A stretch of 29,598 bases of DNA from a virus (lineage: Duplodnaviria > Caudoviricetes), in the IMG/VR virus record IMGVR_UViG_3300017949_000039, positions 1-29,598 of that record, one strand, 5' to 3'. Below the pieces are notes generated by a model. It was not told where the DNA came from and did not search any database. It saw nothing but the letters and a program-made list of their open reading frames with translations. Below are positions 18,961-26,419 of the stretch, piece after piece. A program made the translations under genes and the position numbers. The first letter of the stretch is position 1. The number at the start of each line of letters is the position of its first letter.

Positions 18961-19320
18961 ATGTCTCTGTTTAAAGACACTGAGGAAATATTCAACAATC
19001 CTTGGGACCTTGCAGTAAAGGTAGCAGCAGTAAATAACAGACCAATGTTTACGGATTGGAACGATCGGCAAGTTCCTTCCATCGACGATATTAGTTTATG
19101 GGAACAAATTTCATACACTCCTGGTAGTATCGGAATCTACGCTGCACACAATCCTATGTATGAAATGTACATAATCACACACGACCTATATCTTGATAAA
19201 AATTACTGCGAAATTTTTTACGGTGAAAATGCTGCTGACGAAGTATATGACAGAGCTAGAAAATTAGGTGTGGAAATCGAACTTAAGAAGCTCTGGAAAG
19301 TTAGCCCCACTTTAGCATAA
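18961..19320 (+). CDS. Hypothetical protein (119 aa), paralog of 13705..14091
   Basis: IDDISLWEQI...GIYAAHNPMYEMY...EIFYGENA aligns with IDDVDLWEVI...GLYAAWLPYAEFY...ETFYGKGA. Confidence 0.75.
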   Translation: MSLFKDTEEIFNNPWDLAVKVAAVNNRPMFTDWNDRQVPSIDDISLWEQISYTPGSIGIYAAHNPMYEMYIITHDLYLDKNYCEIFYGENAADEVYDRARKLGVEIELKKLWKVSPTLA

Positions 19321-19552
19321 ACACGGTAAGATCTTCCTGGCTATCAAACAATAGTTTATAGGGCTTTCCGTCCTGCTTTATAATCCTAGCATTAAAATGA
19401 GACTGCCAAAGATCGGCCAAGGCTTTTTCAGGATCTTCGTTAGAATATATGTCTTTTTTGTTAGCAGTAATTAACCAATGATTAGCTCTAACAAATGTGC
19501 TGTTGTATTTGTTCTCAAATTTAATGTTTATTTCTTTTGTCGCGTCAAACAT
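19301..19552 (-). CDS. Small hypothetical phage protein (83 aa)
   Basis: Ends in LLFDSQEDLTVFMLKWG, an FxxExDxxxFxLKW-type ending seen in small proteins of large phages; TAAGTA element 8 nt upstream. Confidence 0.65.
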   Translation of the reverse strand: MFDATKEINIKFENKYNSTFVRANHWLITANKKDIYSNEDPEKALADLWQSHFNARIIKQDGKPYKLLFDSQEDLTVFMLKWG

Positions 19553-19560
19553 AACTCTAT

Positions 19561-19577
19561 TACTTATCGCATAAATA
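19561..19577. promoter_or_regulatory. Back-to-back late promoter cores (TAAGTA minus 19561-19566; TAAATA plus 19572-19577)
   Basis: A 29-nt divergent gap holds both elements, 8 nt and 4 nt from their respective ATGs; no SD. Confidence 0.55.
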
Positions 19578-19581
19578 CAGT

Positions 19582-20694
19582 ATGTCGAAAATTCCAGTTT
19601 TAACCGCAGTTAGATTAATACCCAGAGAAACGGACTATCTTGGAAGAAAGTCTGGAACCAGTGGTGAAATATTCTTTGATAGAGATACTAATTCCTTAAG
19701 GCTATATGATGGGAATACTACCGGCGGGCACACACTTGCTAGAAGCGATCTTGATAATGTTTCAAATGCTGATTTTTTAGCAAAAGCATCATCTGCGGGT
19801 GTTGGTGGAGGGGCAGGAGGAAGTAGTGAGATTACTATCGCTGCGGACGACTCGACACAGAGAATACTTCAATCAGGAGAAGTACTTTCTATCTTGGGAG
19901 GTGATGGAATATCAACTACTACTAACGATGAAGGTGCTTTAACTGTCACAAACACAAACAACAGTTTTTCTACCTTTAGTGTTAGCGGTCAGTCTGATGT
20001 AACTGCATCACAACTGTCAGATAGTGTAACCTTTGCACAAGGATCAAACGTTATCATAACAACGGATAATGCAACAAACACAATTACTATTGCTGCATCC
20101 GCTGGAGGATCTACAAATTCTTTCAACACAATAGCAGTTGGTGGACAGGATAATATTGTAGCGGATTCTACTACTGATACCCTAACAATTGTTGCTGGCA
20201 CTGGAATGAATATTACAACCAATGCCGGAACAGACACAATAACCATTGCCAGCACAGTGGTTTCTGGTGTTCCTGAGTTTTCTTTGTTAACAGATGCTGT
20301 TGCTGCAGGATTAACAATTGACGAAATATACATGCCTGCGATGTTTACCTTGGAAGTGACCAACTCTGGCACTAGTGCTTATCTGTTTAATAGTCATTAT
20401 GCTGGTGGTAATCCTACAATATATGCAATTAATAGAACTACTATGGCTTTTAAATTAAATGCCACAGGACATCCTTTTGAAATACAAACAGGAGCGGGAG
20501 TTGCATACAACACAGGACTAGTTCACGTTGCAACAGACGGAACTGTTTCTACTGGTGCTGCTGCACAAGGAAAAGATTCCGGAACTTTGTATTGGAGAAT
20601 ACCTTCTGCTATATCAGGAGGCTATAGATATCAATGTCAAAACCATGCTGCCATGGTGGGTAGTATAACAATCAAAGATTTCAATTCTATTTAA
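19582..20694 (+). CDS. Putative virion fibre protein with C-terminal cupredoxin-like domain (370 aa)
   Basis: N-terminal GEIFFDRDTNSLRLYDG..GG fibre-attachment-like motif, two NSFxTxxVxGQ...ITI repeats, and a C-terminal GHPF...YQCQNHAAMVG. Confidence 0.75.
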   Translation: MSKIPVLTAVRLIPRETDYLGRKSGTSGEIFFDRDTNSLRLYDGNTTGGHTLARSDLDNVSNADFLAKASSAGVGGGAGGSSEITIAADDSTQRILQSGEVLSILGGDGISTTTNDEGALTVTNTNNSFSTFSVSGQSDVTASQLSDSVTFAQGSNVIITTDNATNTITIAASAGGSTNSFNTIAVGGQDNIVADSTTDTLTIVAGTGMNITTNAGTDTITIASTVVSGVPEFSLLTDAVAAGLTIDEIYMPAMFTLEVTNSGTSAYLFNSHYAGGNPTIYAINRTTMAFKLNATGHPFEIQTGAGVAYNTGLVHVATDGTVSTGAAAQGKDSGTLYWRIPSAISGGYRYQCQNHAAMVGSITIKDFNSI

Positions 20695-20971
20695 TAGAAA
20701 GTTTTTTTCCGTTTTCAAAGTCTAATAATTTAGAATCTAAAAATTTTCGTATGTCGGATATCTTGCTTCTAGAATCGTTACTATTAGATCCTATCTGTTT
20801 ACTATAAATCATTTCTTCGAACTGTGAGTCAAGAGATTTAACTATAGATTCTAATTTACTAAGTTGATTTTCTAAATTAGTTTTTAATCTTAGATCGTCA
20901 ACTTTGGAAATTCTGTCTCTAAAGGAACGAACTTCATTCTGAAATTTTTCTGATTTATATAGCGATAGCAT
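20687..20971 (-). CDS. Hypothetical helical/coiled-coil protein (94 aa)
   Basis: GGAG SD, heptad-like Leu/Ile pattern, coupled to the upstream gene. Confidence 0.65.
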   Translation of the reverse strand: MLSLYKSEKFQNEVRSFRDRISKVDDLRLKTNLENQLSKLESIVKSLDSQFEEMIYSKQIGSNSNDSRSKISDIRKFLDSKLLDFENGKKLSIK

Positions 20972-21341
20972 CCTCTAACTCCAATACTGTTTCAATTTTA
21001 GTTCTTATTAAATTATTATTTAATGTGCTCTTTAACCCCACATGAACATTCTTGGGGAGATAATCCAAATCAGCCCAACAATATGTTGCTACAGTTCTTG
21101 TTAAAAATTCTTCATTTACTAGGCAAATGTATGTTCCATATTCGAACCCCTTGTCCTTGGAAAGATAAAGTTCTATAGGTAAAATCTTGCCCTCAGCAAA
21201 TTTTTTTTGCACATCCTTACTGTCTTCGATCACTGATTTTTCTTTTGAGAATGTAGGAACAGTCCACTTATCGTTTTCTAATATAAGTAGAATTCTTCTT
21301 GTTGATAAAGAAAGATATAATAGTCCTACACGTTTTTGCAT
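20955..21341 (-). CDS. Nudix-fold-like protein lacking an intact Nudix box
   Basis: GLLYLS..TRRILL...W.VP, IELYLSKDKGFEYGTYICLVNEEF, YCW...LPKNVHVGL resemble the Nudix scaffold, but GX5EX7REUXEE is absent. Confidence 0.55.
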   Translation of the reverse strand: MQKRVGLLYLSLSTRRILLILENDKWTVPTFSKEKSVIEDSKDVQKKFAEGKILPIELYLSKDKGFEYGTYICLVNEEFLTRTVATYCWADLDYLPKNVHVGLKSTLNNNLIRTKIETVLELEDAIAI

Positions 21342-21349
21342 ACGAATAC

Positions 21350-22777
21350 TTATGCGCCTTCTGGATCAAATCTCCAATATCCTGGTGCATATTCGCCTTC
21401 GAAAGATTTAAGCCATTGTATACCGTCCCATTTGTACTGTATACCTGTGGTTAAATTAGAAACATATGTTGTGCTTATAACAGTTGCAGGATCAAATATA
21501 ATAGTCCAAGAACTGCCATCCCATTCTACTATTGAGTTTGCTTTGATAGATGTGTTTGTAGCATCAGAGTTTTTCCAACCCGAGGCATCATCTGCTACAT
21601 CTTCCAAAACAAGAAATCTGTGTCCTGTAGGAACAGTGCCCAATTTTCCAATAGGATTATATCTTGTTGGATCAACAATAGCATTAATAGTTCCTCTACC
21701 ATCTGGATATTGTGTGCTGACAATTAAAGTATTTTCTTTTAGTGTATCTCTATCAATGCTCACCAAGAGAATGAAAGGATCAACTGGATTAATTGCTATG
21801 GTTCCTGATACTTCCGTTCCGTCGGCTTGTCTAAAATGAATCATACTAGTTCCTGCTGTAAAGTTTCCTAGGGTTGCTAAAACAGCATTCCAATCTAATT
21901 TCCTTCCATTAACATAATCCTTTTCGTCTAGGCCTAAGGATTGTATTGCTGAATATTGATCGAGTATTGTTAATTCATAATCATAATCTTGACCATTGTT
22001 TGCTTTGAAAAGCAATACAGGATATCTTGCATTTGTATATACAGTATTTGAATTTGATTGATTGTAAATCAATGATGAAATGTTAACGACATCACCTTCT
22101 TCACTGAAGATGTTAGCAATAATGCTTCTAACAATTCCAAGTTTCTTAACTTTGGCCGGAGGACTAATCCAACAAGGAATTTCAAAATCTATCGAACAAA
22201 TATCAATGTCTGAATCAACTCCTGCAGGAATTGATCTGGAAGTAAAATTCATACCTGTCATGTAAACAACACTTAAACTAGTCCAATCGATGTAGTTGTC
22301 TGTGGTTTGTATTTCTAGTGCTGGATTAAACAATACTAAAATTTGTTCAAGTAATTGTAATTTTTGATCAGTATTGGAAGTCCATATGTCACACTTCATT
22401 GTTAACTTATAAGGTGTTGGCATTAGTCTTTCGACTGTAACACTCTTGCCGGGAGCACCAGTATACACTCGTTCTCCGCTAGTTTCGTCAATGTAATAAT
22501 CTCTTTCTCTAATGTTTACTTTACTAATAAACGTGGGATCAGATAGTCTGCTAGTATCCATTTCAAGACCTGTAACATAACAAGCCATTCTAGGAACTGT
22601 AGGAAGTTTATTTTCTGAATTTTCTCTAATGATGTTTGCAACCTGTCTTGTTAGATCACCGTACATTACAGGCACAGATTGTTGATCCCCATTACCTGCT
22701 TCGTATTTGAAGCCAATGAAGATTCTCATAAACTGTGTTACATATCTTCTAATCTGTCCGTCGTAGAAAAAATCCAT
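21350..22777 (-). CDS. gp15: Tail sheath stabiliser/tail completion protein (T4 gp15-like) with C-terminal extension
   Basis: FFYDGQIRRY..QF.RIF, VPVMYGD, PRMA, MPTPY.L...DIW...QKLQLLEQILVLFNP are gp15 hallmarks; 475 aa. Confidence 0.85.
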   Translation of the reverse strand: MDFFYDGQIRRYVTQFMRIFIGFKYEAGNGDQQSVPVMYGDLTRQVANIIRENSENKLPTVPRMACYVTGLEMDTSRLSDPTFISKVNIRERDYYIDETSGERVYTGAPGKSVTVERLMPTPYKLTMKCDIWTSNTDQKLQLLEQILVLFNPALEIQTTDNYIDWTSLSVVYMTGMNFTSRSIPAGVDSDIDICSIDFEIPCWISPPAKVKKLGIVRSIIANIFSEEGDVVNISSLIYNQSNSNTVYTNARYPVLLFKANNGQDYDYELTILDQYSAIQSLGLDEKDYVNGRKLDWNAVLATLGNFTAGTSMIHFRQADGTEVSGTIAINPVDPFILLVSIDRDTLKENTLIVSTQYPDGRGTINAIVDPTRYNPIGKLGTVPTGHRFLVLEDVADDASGWKNSDATNTSIKANSIVEWDGSSWTIIFDPATVISTTYVSNLTTGIQYKWDGIQWLKSFEGEYAPGYWRFDPEGA

Positions 22778-22956
22778 TATTTATTTGCCTTTTTAAAATC
22801 GTGTGTGAACGCTGTTTTATCACCTTTTGCGGCAGCGGCTCTACGTTGTTGTAACTTAATCGCAAGAGGCTCGTCATCGTCTTTCCGTACTTTTTTCTTA
22901 ACTGTGGTTTTCTTCGGTGCTGTTGTTGCAAAGCCGAATATTTCTTCAATACGCAT
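22777..22956 (-). CDS. Small basic protein (59 aa) not in the ORF track
   Basis: Manual translation gives MRIEEIFGFATTAPKKTTVKKKVRKDDDEPLAIKLQQRRAAAAKGDKTAFTHDFKKANK*. It has TAATG stop/start overlaps at both ends and exactly fills the gp14-gp15 gap. Confidence 0.8.
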   Translation of the reverse strand: MRIEEIFGFATTAPKKTTVKKKVRKDDDEPLAIKLQQRRAAAAKGDKTAFTHDFKKANK

Positions 22957-24284
22957 TAATTATCTGCCTCTGGTTTAAGAGCCTTGGATAAGCTCTGTCG
23001 TTCTTTAACTGTTTCTCCCTCGATAACAGTTTCATTTGTGTTATTAATAAACGAACTCTTAAGATTTTCTTTTTCAACTTTTCCTGCGAAGTCAGCACCT
23101 GCTGCAATATCACTAGGTCCAAGATTAGTAATGTTTGTTCTCACATCATCCTCTACCTTGCTCCATCTTCCTTTTGCGTAACGGAACAATCTTGTTGGTT
23201 TGTAATCTGTTCGTAAATGGAATTGTCCTTCTGCCGGTCCTATTGGGAATGCTATGCCTTGTGTGAACGGAGCACCATTAGGCGGAATTCCATCTTCAAG
23301 TAAGTATCCTTTGTATCCATTGGCTTCGGCAGATTGGAACACCGTGTCAGCAGTAACAGATTCAAGTGTTGCATCATCCAGTGTGGTATCTGCAGATACC
23401 AGTTCTGTCTTGCCTGTTTCATCTCTCTGCAATGTATAAAGTTTAGTTGTATCGTATCCACTCTGAGGAGCGTCTGCTTCTGCTTGATTAAGCACAGCCT
23501 GTGTAATTTGCATTTCCTTCTCATATGTGGACATAATGTCCTTGAGAGTATCTGCAAGTTTATAGTAGGTTGTATCTGGCGGAGCAATTCCTGTCACTTC
23601 TCTAATTACTGTGTACTTCTCGCCATTGGGTGCTGTAACCGTATCGCCTGGATAATATGTAGAATCTGGATTCCATGTACCTTTGAAGTTTTCTGCATCT
23701 GCAATTCCATCCAGGATGTCCTTGAACTCCTGTGAATCTACTAGTGGTTTACATTTTGCGCGATATAGATGTGGATACCATGTTACGGAAAATCCTTCAG
23801 CAGCACGATTTACATCTTCAACAACATAAAATCTCTTCAAGGCATAGTTTAAATCATTAAGTGCATATTCATCCTTTAGATGTGGTAGTTCAATAACATC
23901 GCCTGGTATAATCTTTCTGCCTAGTTTTTCCACAGTATCATTAATGTGGAAAGTAATAAAAATAGTATCATTCTGTAAGAATAATCCAAATTGGCTTAAA
24001 TTAAAATCTATGTCCTGTACGTTATAAACCCCACGCATAACATACACATCAGGATCGTACTTTCTATCTCTGTTCTCGAGAAACAGCATGTCCTGTATAT
24101 TTGTAGGGCTTAGGGTATCATAACTAGGCTCGCTGGGCGTGGCAGTTTTTGCAGTCGCTACGGCTCCTAGGTACTTGTGCATAAGCACATCAGTACCGCC
24201 CACTTGGAACATCTCCCATGCAGTTCTGTCGATGAATTTGTAATCGTTGCCCTTTTCTGGGCGATATAAACTTAGTCTTGGCAT
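22956..24284 (-). CDS. gp14: Neck/head-closure protein (T4 gp14-like), 442 aa
   Basis: Start reassigned to MPRLSLYRPEK (ATG 24284). LFLENRDRKYD, LSQFGLFLQND.IFITFH...LGRKIIPGDVIELPHL match the gp14-type core, and it lies next to gp15 and gp13. Confidence 0.75.
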   Translation of the reverse strand: MPRLSLYRPEKGNDYKFIDRTAWEMFQVGGTDVLMHKYLGAVATAKTATPSEPSYDTLSPTNIQDMLFLENRDRKYDPDVYVMRGVYNVQDIDFNLSQFGLFLQNDTIFITFHINDTVEKLGRKIIPGDVIELPHLKDEYALNDLNYALKRFYVVEDVNRAAEGFSVTWYPHLYRAKCKPLVDSQEFKDILDGIADAENFKGTWNPDSTYYPGDTVTAPNGEKYTVIREVTGIAPPDTTYYKLADTLKDIMSTYEKEMQITQAVLNQAEADAPQSGYDTTKLYTLQRDETGKTELVSADTTLDDATLESVTADTVFQSAEANGYKGYLLEDGIPPNGAPFTQGIAFPIGPAEGQFHLRTDYKPTRLFRYAKGRWSKVEDDVRTNITNLGPSDIAAGADFAGKVEKENLKSSFINNTNETVIEGETVKERQSLSKALKPEADN

Positions 24285-24292
24285 AACATATG

Positions 24293-24323
24293 TATTTACC
24301 GTTTCTAGCACAAGGCATAAATA
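24293..24323. promoter_or_regulatory. Divergent late promoter pair (TAAATA minus 24293-24298; TAAATA plus 24318-24323)
   Basis: Both lie in the 44-nt gap between the gp14 and gp13 starts, 8 and 5 nt from the ATGs; no SD. Confidence 0.65.
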
Positions 24324-24328
24324 GTTAT

Positions 24329-25087
24329 ATGAGCCAAATTGACAAAGCAAAACAACAAGTATTCGACTACGTTAGATTAATGCTAGGTGATGGCATGATC
24401 GACGTTGAACTTGACCCCGAACACTACGAAACAGCACTTCAGCGTGCCCTTGGCGTTTTTAGACAACGATCAGACAATTCTGTAGAAGAAAGTTACATCA
24501 CGCTTTCTCTAGAGCAGGATCAGAATGAATATATTCTTCCTAAAGAAATAGTTCAAATAAGACAGATTTATAGAAGAAGCGTTGGTTCCAGAACAGGTAG
24601 CGGAACAGGTGGAACAGTATTCGAACCATTTAACCTTGCTTACACAAATACCTATTTGTTAAGTTCAACCAACATGGGAGGACTGGCAACATACGAATTG
24701 TTTGCACAGTACCAAGAACTTGTTGGAAAGATGTTTGGATCATTCATTAATTTTACTTGGAACCCACAGAGTAAAAAATTAATTATTATGCAACGTCCAA
24801 GAGGAACTGAAGAAGTATTGCTCTGGGCATACAACGAAAAGCCGGACTATGTAATCATAGAAGATGTATATGCTGGACAGTGGATTAAAGATTATACACT
24901 TGCTAACTGTAAAGTTATGCTAGGACAGGCACGTGAGAAGTTTGCTTCAATTGCAGGTCCACAGGGTGGAACAGCACTCAACGGAGCCAGCATCAAGCAG
25001 GAAGGTTTCAACGACATTGAAAGATTAACTATGGAACTTGGAACACAAGTTGCAGGTGGACAGGGATATAGTTGGATTATAGGCTAA
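24329..25087 (+). CDS. gp13: Neck/head-tail adaptor protein (T4 gp13-like), 252 aa
   Basis: Start reassigned to MSQIDK (ATG 24329). LG...IDVELD..HY..A...AL, WIKDYTLA.CK..LG.AR.KF...GPQGG..LNG are gp13 family motifs. Confidence 0.85.
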   Translation: MSQIDKAKQQVFDYVRLMLGDGMIDVELDPEHYETALQRALGVFRQRSDNSVEESYITLSLEQDQNEYILPKEIVQIRQIYRRSVGSRTGSGTGGTVFEPFNLAYTNTYLLSSTNMGGLATYELFAQYQELVGKMFGSFINFTWNPQSKKLIIMQRPRGTEEVLLWAYNEKPDYVIIEDVYAGQWIKDYTLANCKVMLGQAREKFASIAGPQGGTALNGASIKQEGFNDIERLTMELGTQVAGGQGYSWIIG

Positions 25088-25425
25088 TGAAAGCATCAGA
25101 ATTTATCACAGAAGAACACGAAGAAATCTATAATGAAGTCGCCAAGATGGTATGGGGAAGAACCAGTGGCACGGCCAAGGGTGGAAAAACTAAATTAAGA
25201 TTCCGCTGTTCAACGGGTCCAAGAGCAGGTAGGCAAGTGAGCCATCCTTCAAAGTGCGTTCAACAATACAATGTTGCTAGAGCTCAAAAAATGAAAACCA
25301 CTCGTGCTAGAACTTCACCAACACAGGCACGCAGACAGCAAAGAACCAAATCAATCAACACAGCAAGCGTTTTGGCAAGAAAACTTAATACAGGCAAGCC
25401 AGGACAGCCAAAACCCTTCTATTAA
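25087..25425 (+). CDS. Basic protein (112 aa) with capsid-targeting-like N-terminus; putative internal head protein
   Basis: Start reassigned to ATG 25087 (TAATG overlap with gp13). MKASEFITEE is followed by a very Arg/Lys-rich body. Confidence 0.7.
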   Translation: MKASEFITEEHEEIYNEVAKMVWGRTSGTAKGGKTKLRFRCSTGPRAGRQVSHPSKCVQQYNVARAQKMKTTRARTSPTQARRQQRTKSINTASVLARKLNTGKPGQPKPFY

Positions 25426-25429
25426 ACAC

Positions 25430-25457
25430 TTGACATATAATCTAAAGACGTTATAAT
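25430..25457 (+). promoter_or_regulatory. Sigma70-type (early) promoter
   Basis: TTGACA (25430-25435), 16-nt spacer, TATAAT (25452-25457), followed by AAGGAG SD and ATG 25479. Confidence 0.8.
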
Positions 25458-25478
25458 ATAACTTTAAAGGAGAGTTAT

Positions 25479-26096
25479 ATGATTATAGGCGTTTGCGGAT
25501 TTATCGGCTGCGGTAAAGATACAGTTGCTGATTACCTTGTAAACTTCCATGAGTACCGTAGAGAAAGTTTCGCAGATTCTCTAAAGGATTCTGTTGCTGC
25601 TGTTTTCGGCTGGGATAGAACCATGCTGGAAGGAAGAACAAAAGAATCAAGAGAATGGAGAGAACAGGTAGACGAATGGTGGGCAAAACGCTTAACAATG
25701 CCAACTCTTACACCTCGTTGGGTTTTACAGTATTGGGGAACTGAAGTATGCCGTAGAACGTTTCATGATGACATTTGGATTGCTTCTTTAGAAAATAAAC
25801 TGCGTCAAAGTAGAGATAATGTAGTGGTTAGTGATGTGCGTTTTCCTAACGAAATTAAAGCAATTAAGGAACTTGGTGGCAAGATTATTTGGGTCAAAAG
25901 AGGAGAATTACCCGAATGGTATGATGCTGCTGTTCAAGCAAATGCCGGTTCAAATTTATTCATAAATGAAATGAAAGATAAAAAGATTCATGCTTCGGAA
26001 TGGGCATGGGTAGGTACTGAGTTTGACCACGAAATAACAAATGATTCAACTATTGACGATCTGTATAAAAAAATAGCATCAATAGTCGGGCACTAA
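25479..26096 (+). CDS. Deoxynucleoside monophosphate kinase (T4 gp1-like)
   Basis: IIGVCGFIGCGKDTVA P-loop, SFADSLKD, TPRWVLQYWGTE, VVSDVRFPNE, HASE. Confidence 0.92.
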   Translation: MIIGVCGFIGCGKDTVADYLVNFHEYRRESFADSLKDSVAAVFGWDRTMLEGRTKESREWREQVDEWWAKRLTMPTLTPRWVLQYWGTEVCRRTFHDDIWIASLENKLRQSRDNVVVSDVRFPNEIKAIKELGGKIIWVKRGELPEWYDAAVQANAGSNLFINEMKDKKIHASEWAWVGTEFDHEITNDSTIDDLYKKIASIVGH

Positions 26097-26414
26097 ATCT
26101 CCTTGTTTCCAGCGTATACCTTCTTTGGCTAATACTGTTCTACAATTTGCGCAAACTGTTTTTAGATTAGCATGCCTACAATTATCTAGGTTTTGATCCA
26201 CGTGAAATACCCTAAAAACTTCACTGTGTTTTGATTTAAAACCGCATTTATCACAAGTATCCTTGGTCCTATAACCGGCTCTATACCATCTAGGTATCCC
26301 GTGATACACACCTTTGGTTGAGCAGGCTTCGCATAGGCTCCTATAATAGGTCTTGCCATTCTTCTTATAATTCACTGCTCGCGGCCTTAAACCGCATTTA
26401 CATAACGGTCTCAT
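26079..26414 (-). CDS. Zn-finger/HNH-like protein (111 aa)
   Basis: CKC, CEAC, CDKC and CANC Cys pairs with VFHVDQNLDN...NLKTVC, an HNH-like core. Confidence 0.75.
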   Translation of the reverse strand: MRPLCKCGLRPRAVNYKKNGKTYYRSLCEACSTKGVYHGIPRWYRAGYRTKDTCDKCGFKSKHSEVFRVFHVDQNLDNCRHANLKTVCANCRTVLAKEGIRWKQGDLVPDY

Positions 26415-26419
26415 GCATA

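Noticed and set aside
21336-21839. 167-aa plus-strand ORF opposite gp15
   Set aside because: Antisense shadow of a well-supported gene, with no recognisable motifs or initiation signals.
22749-22949. ORF-track 66-aa minus-strand ORF
   Set aside because: It overlaps the gp15 start; the 59-aa frame 22777..22956 with TAATG coupling on both sides fits better.
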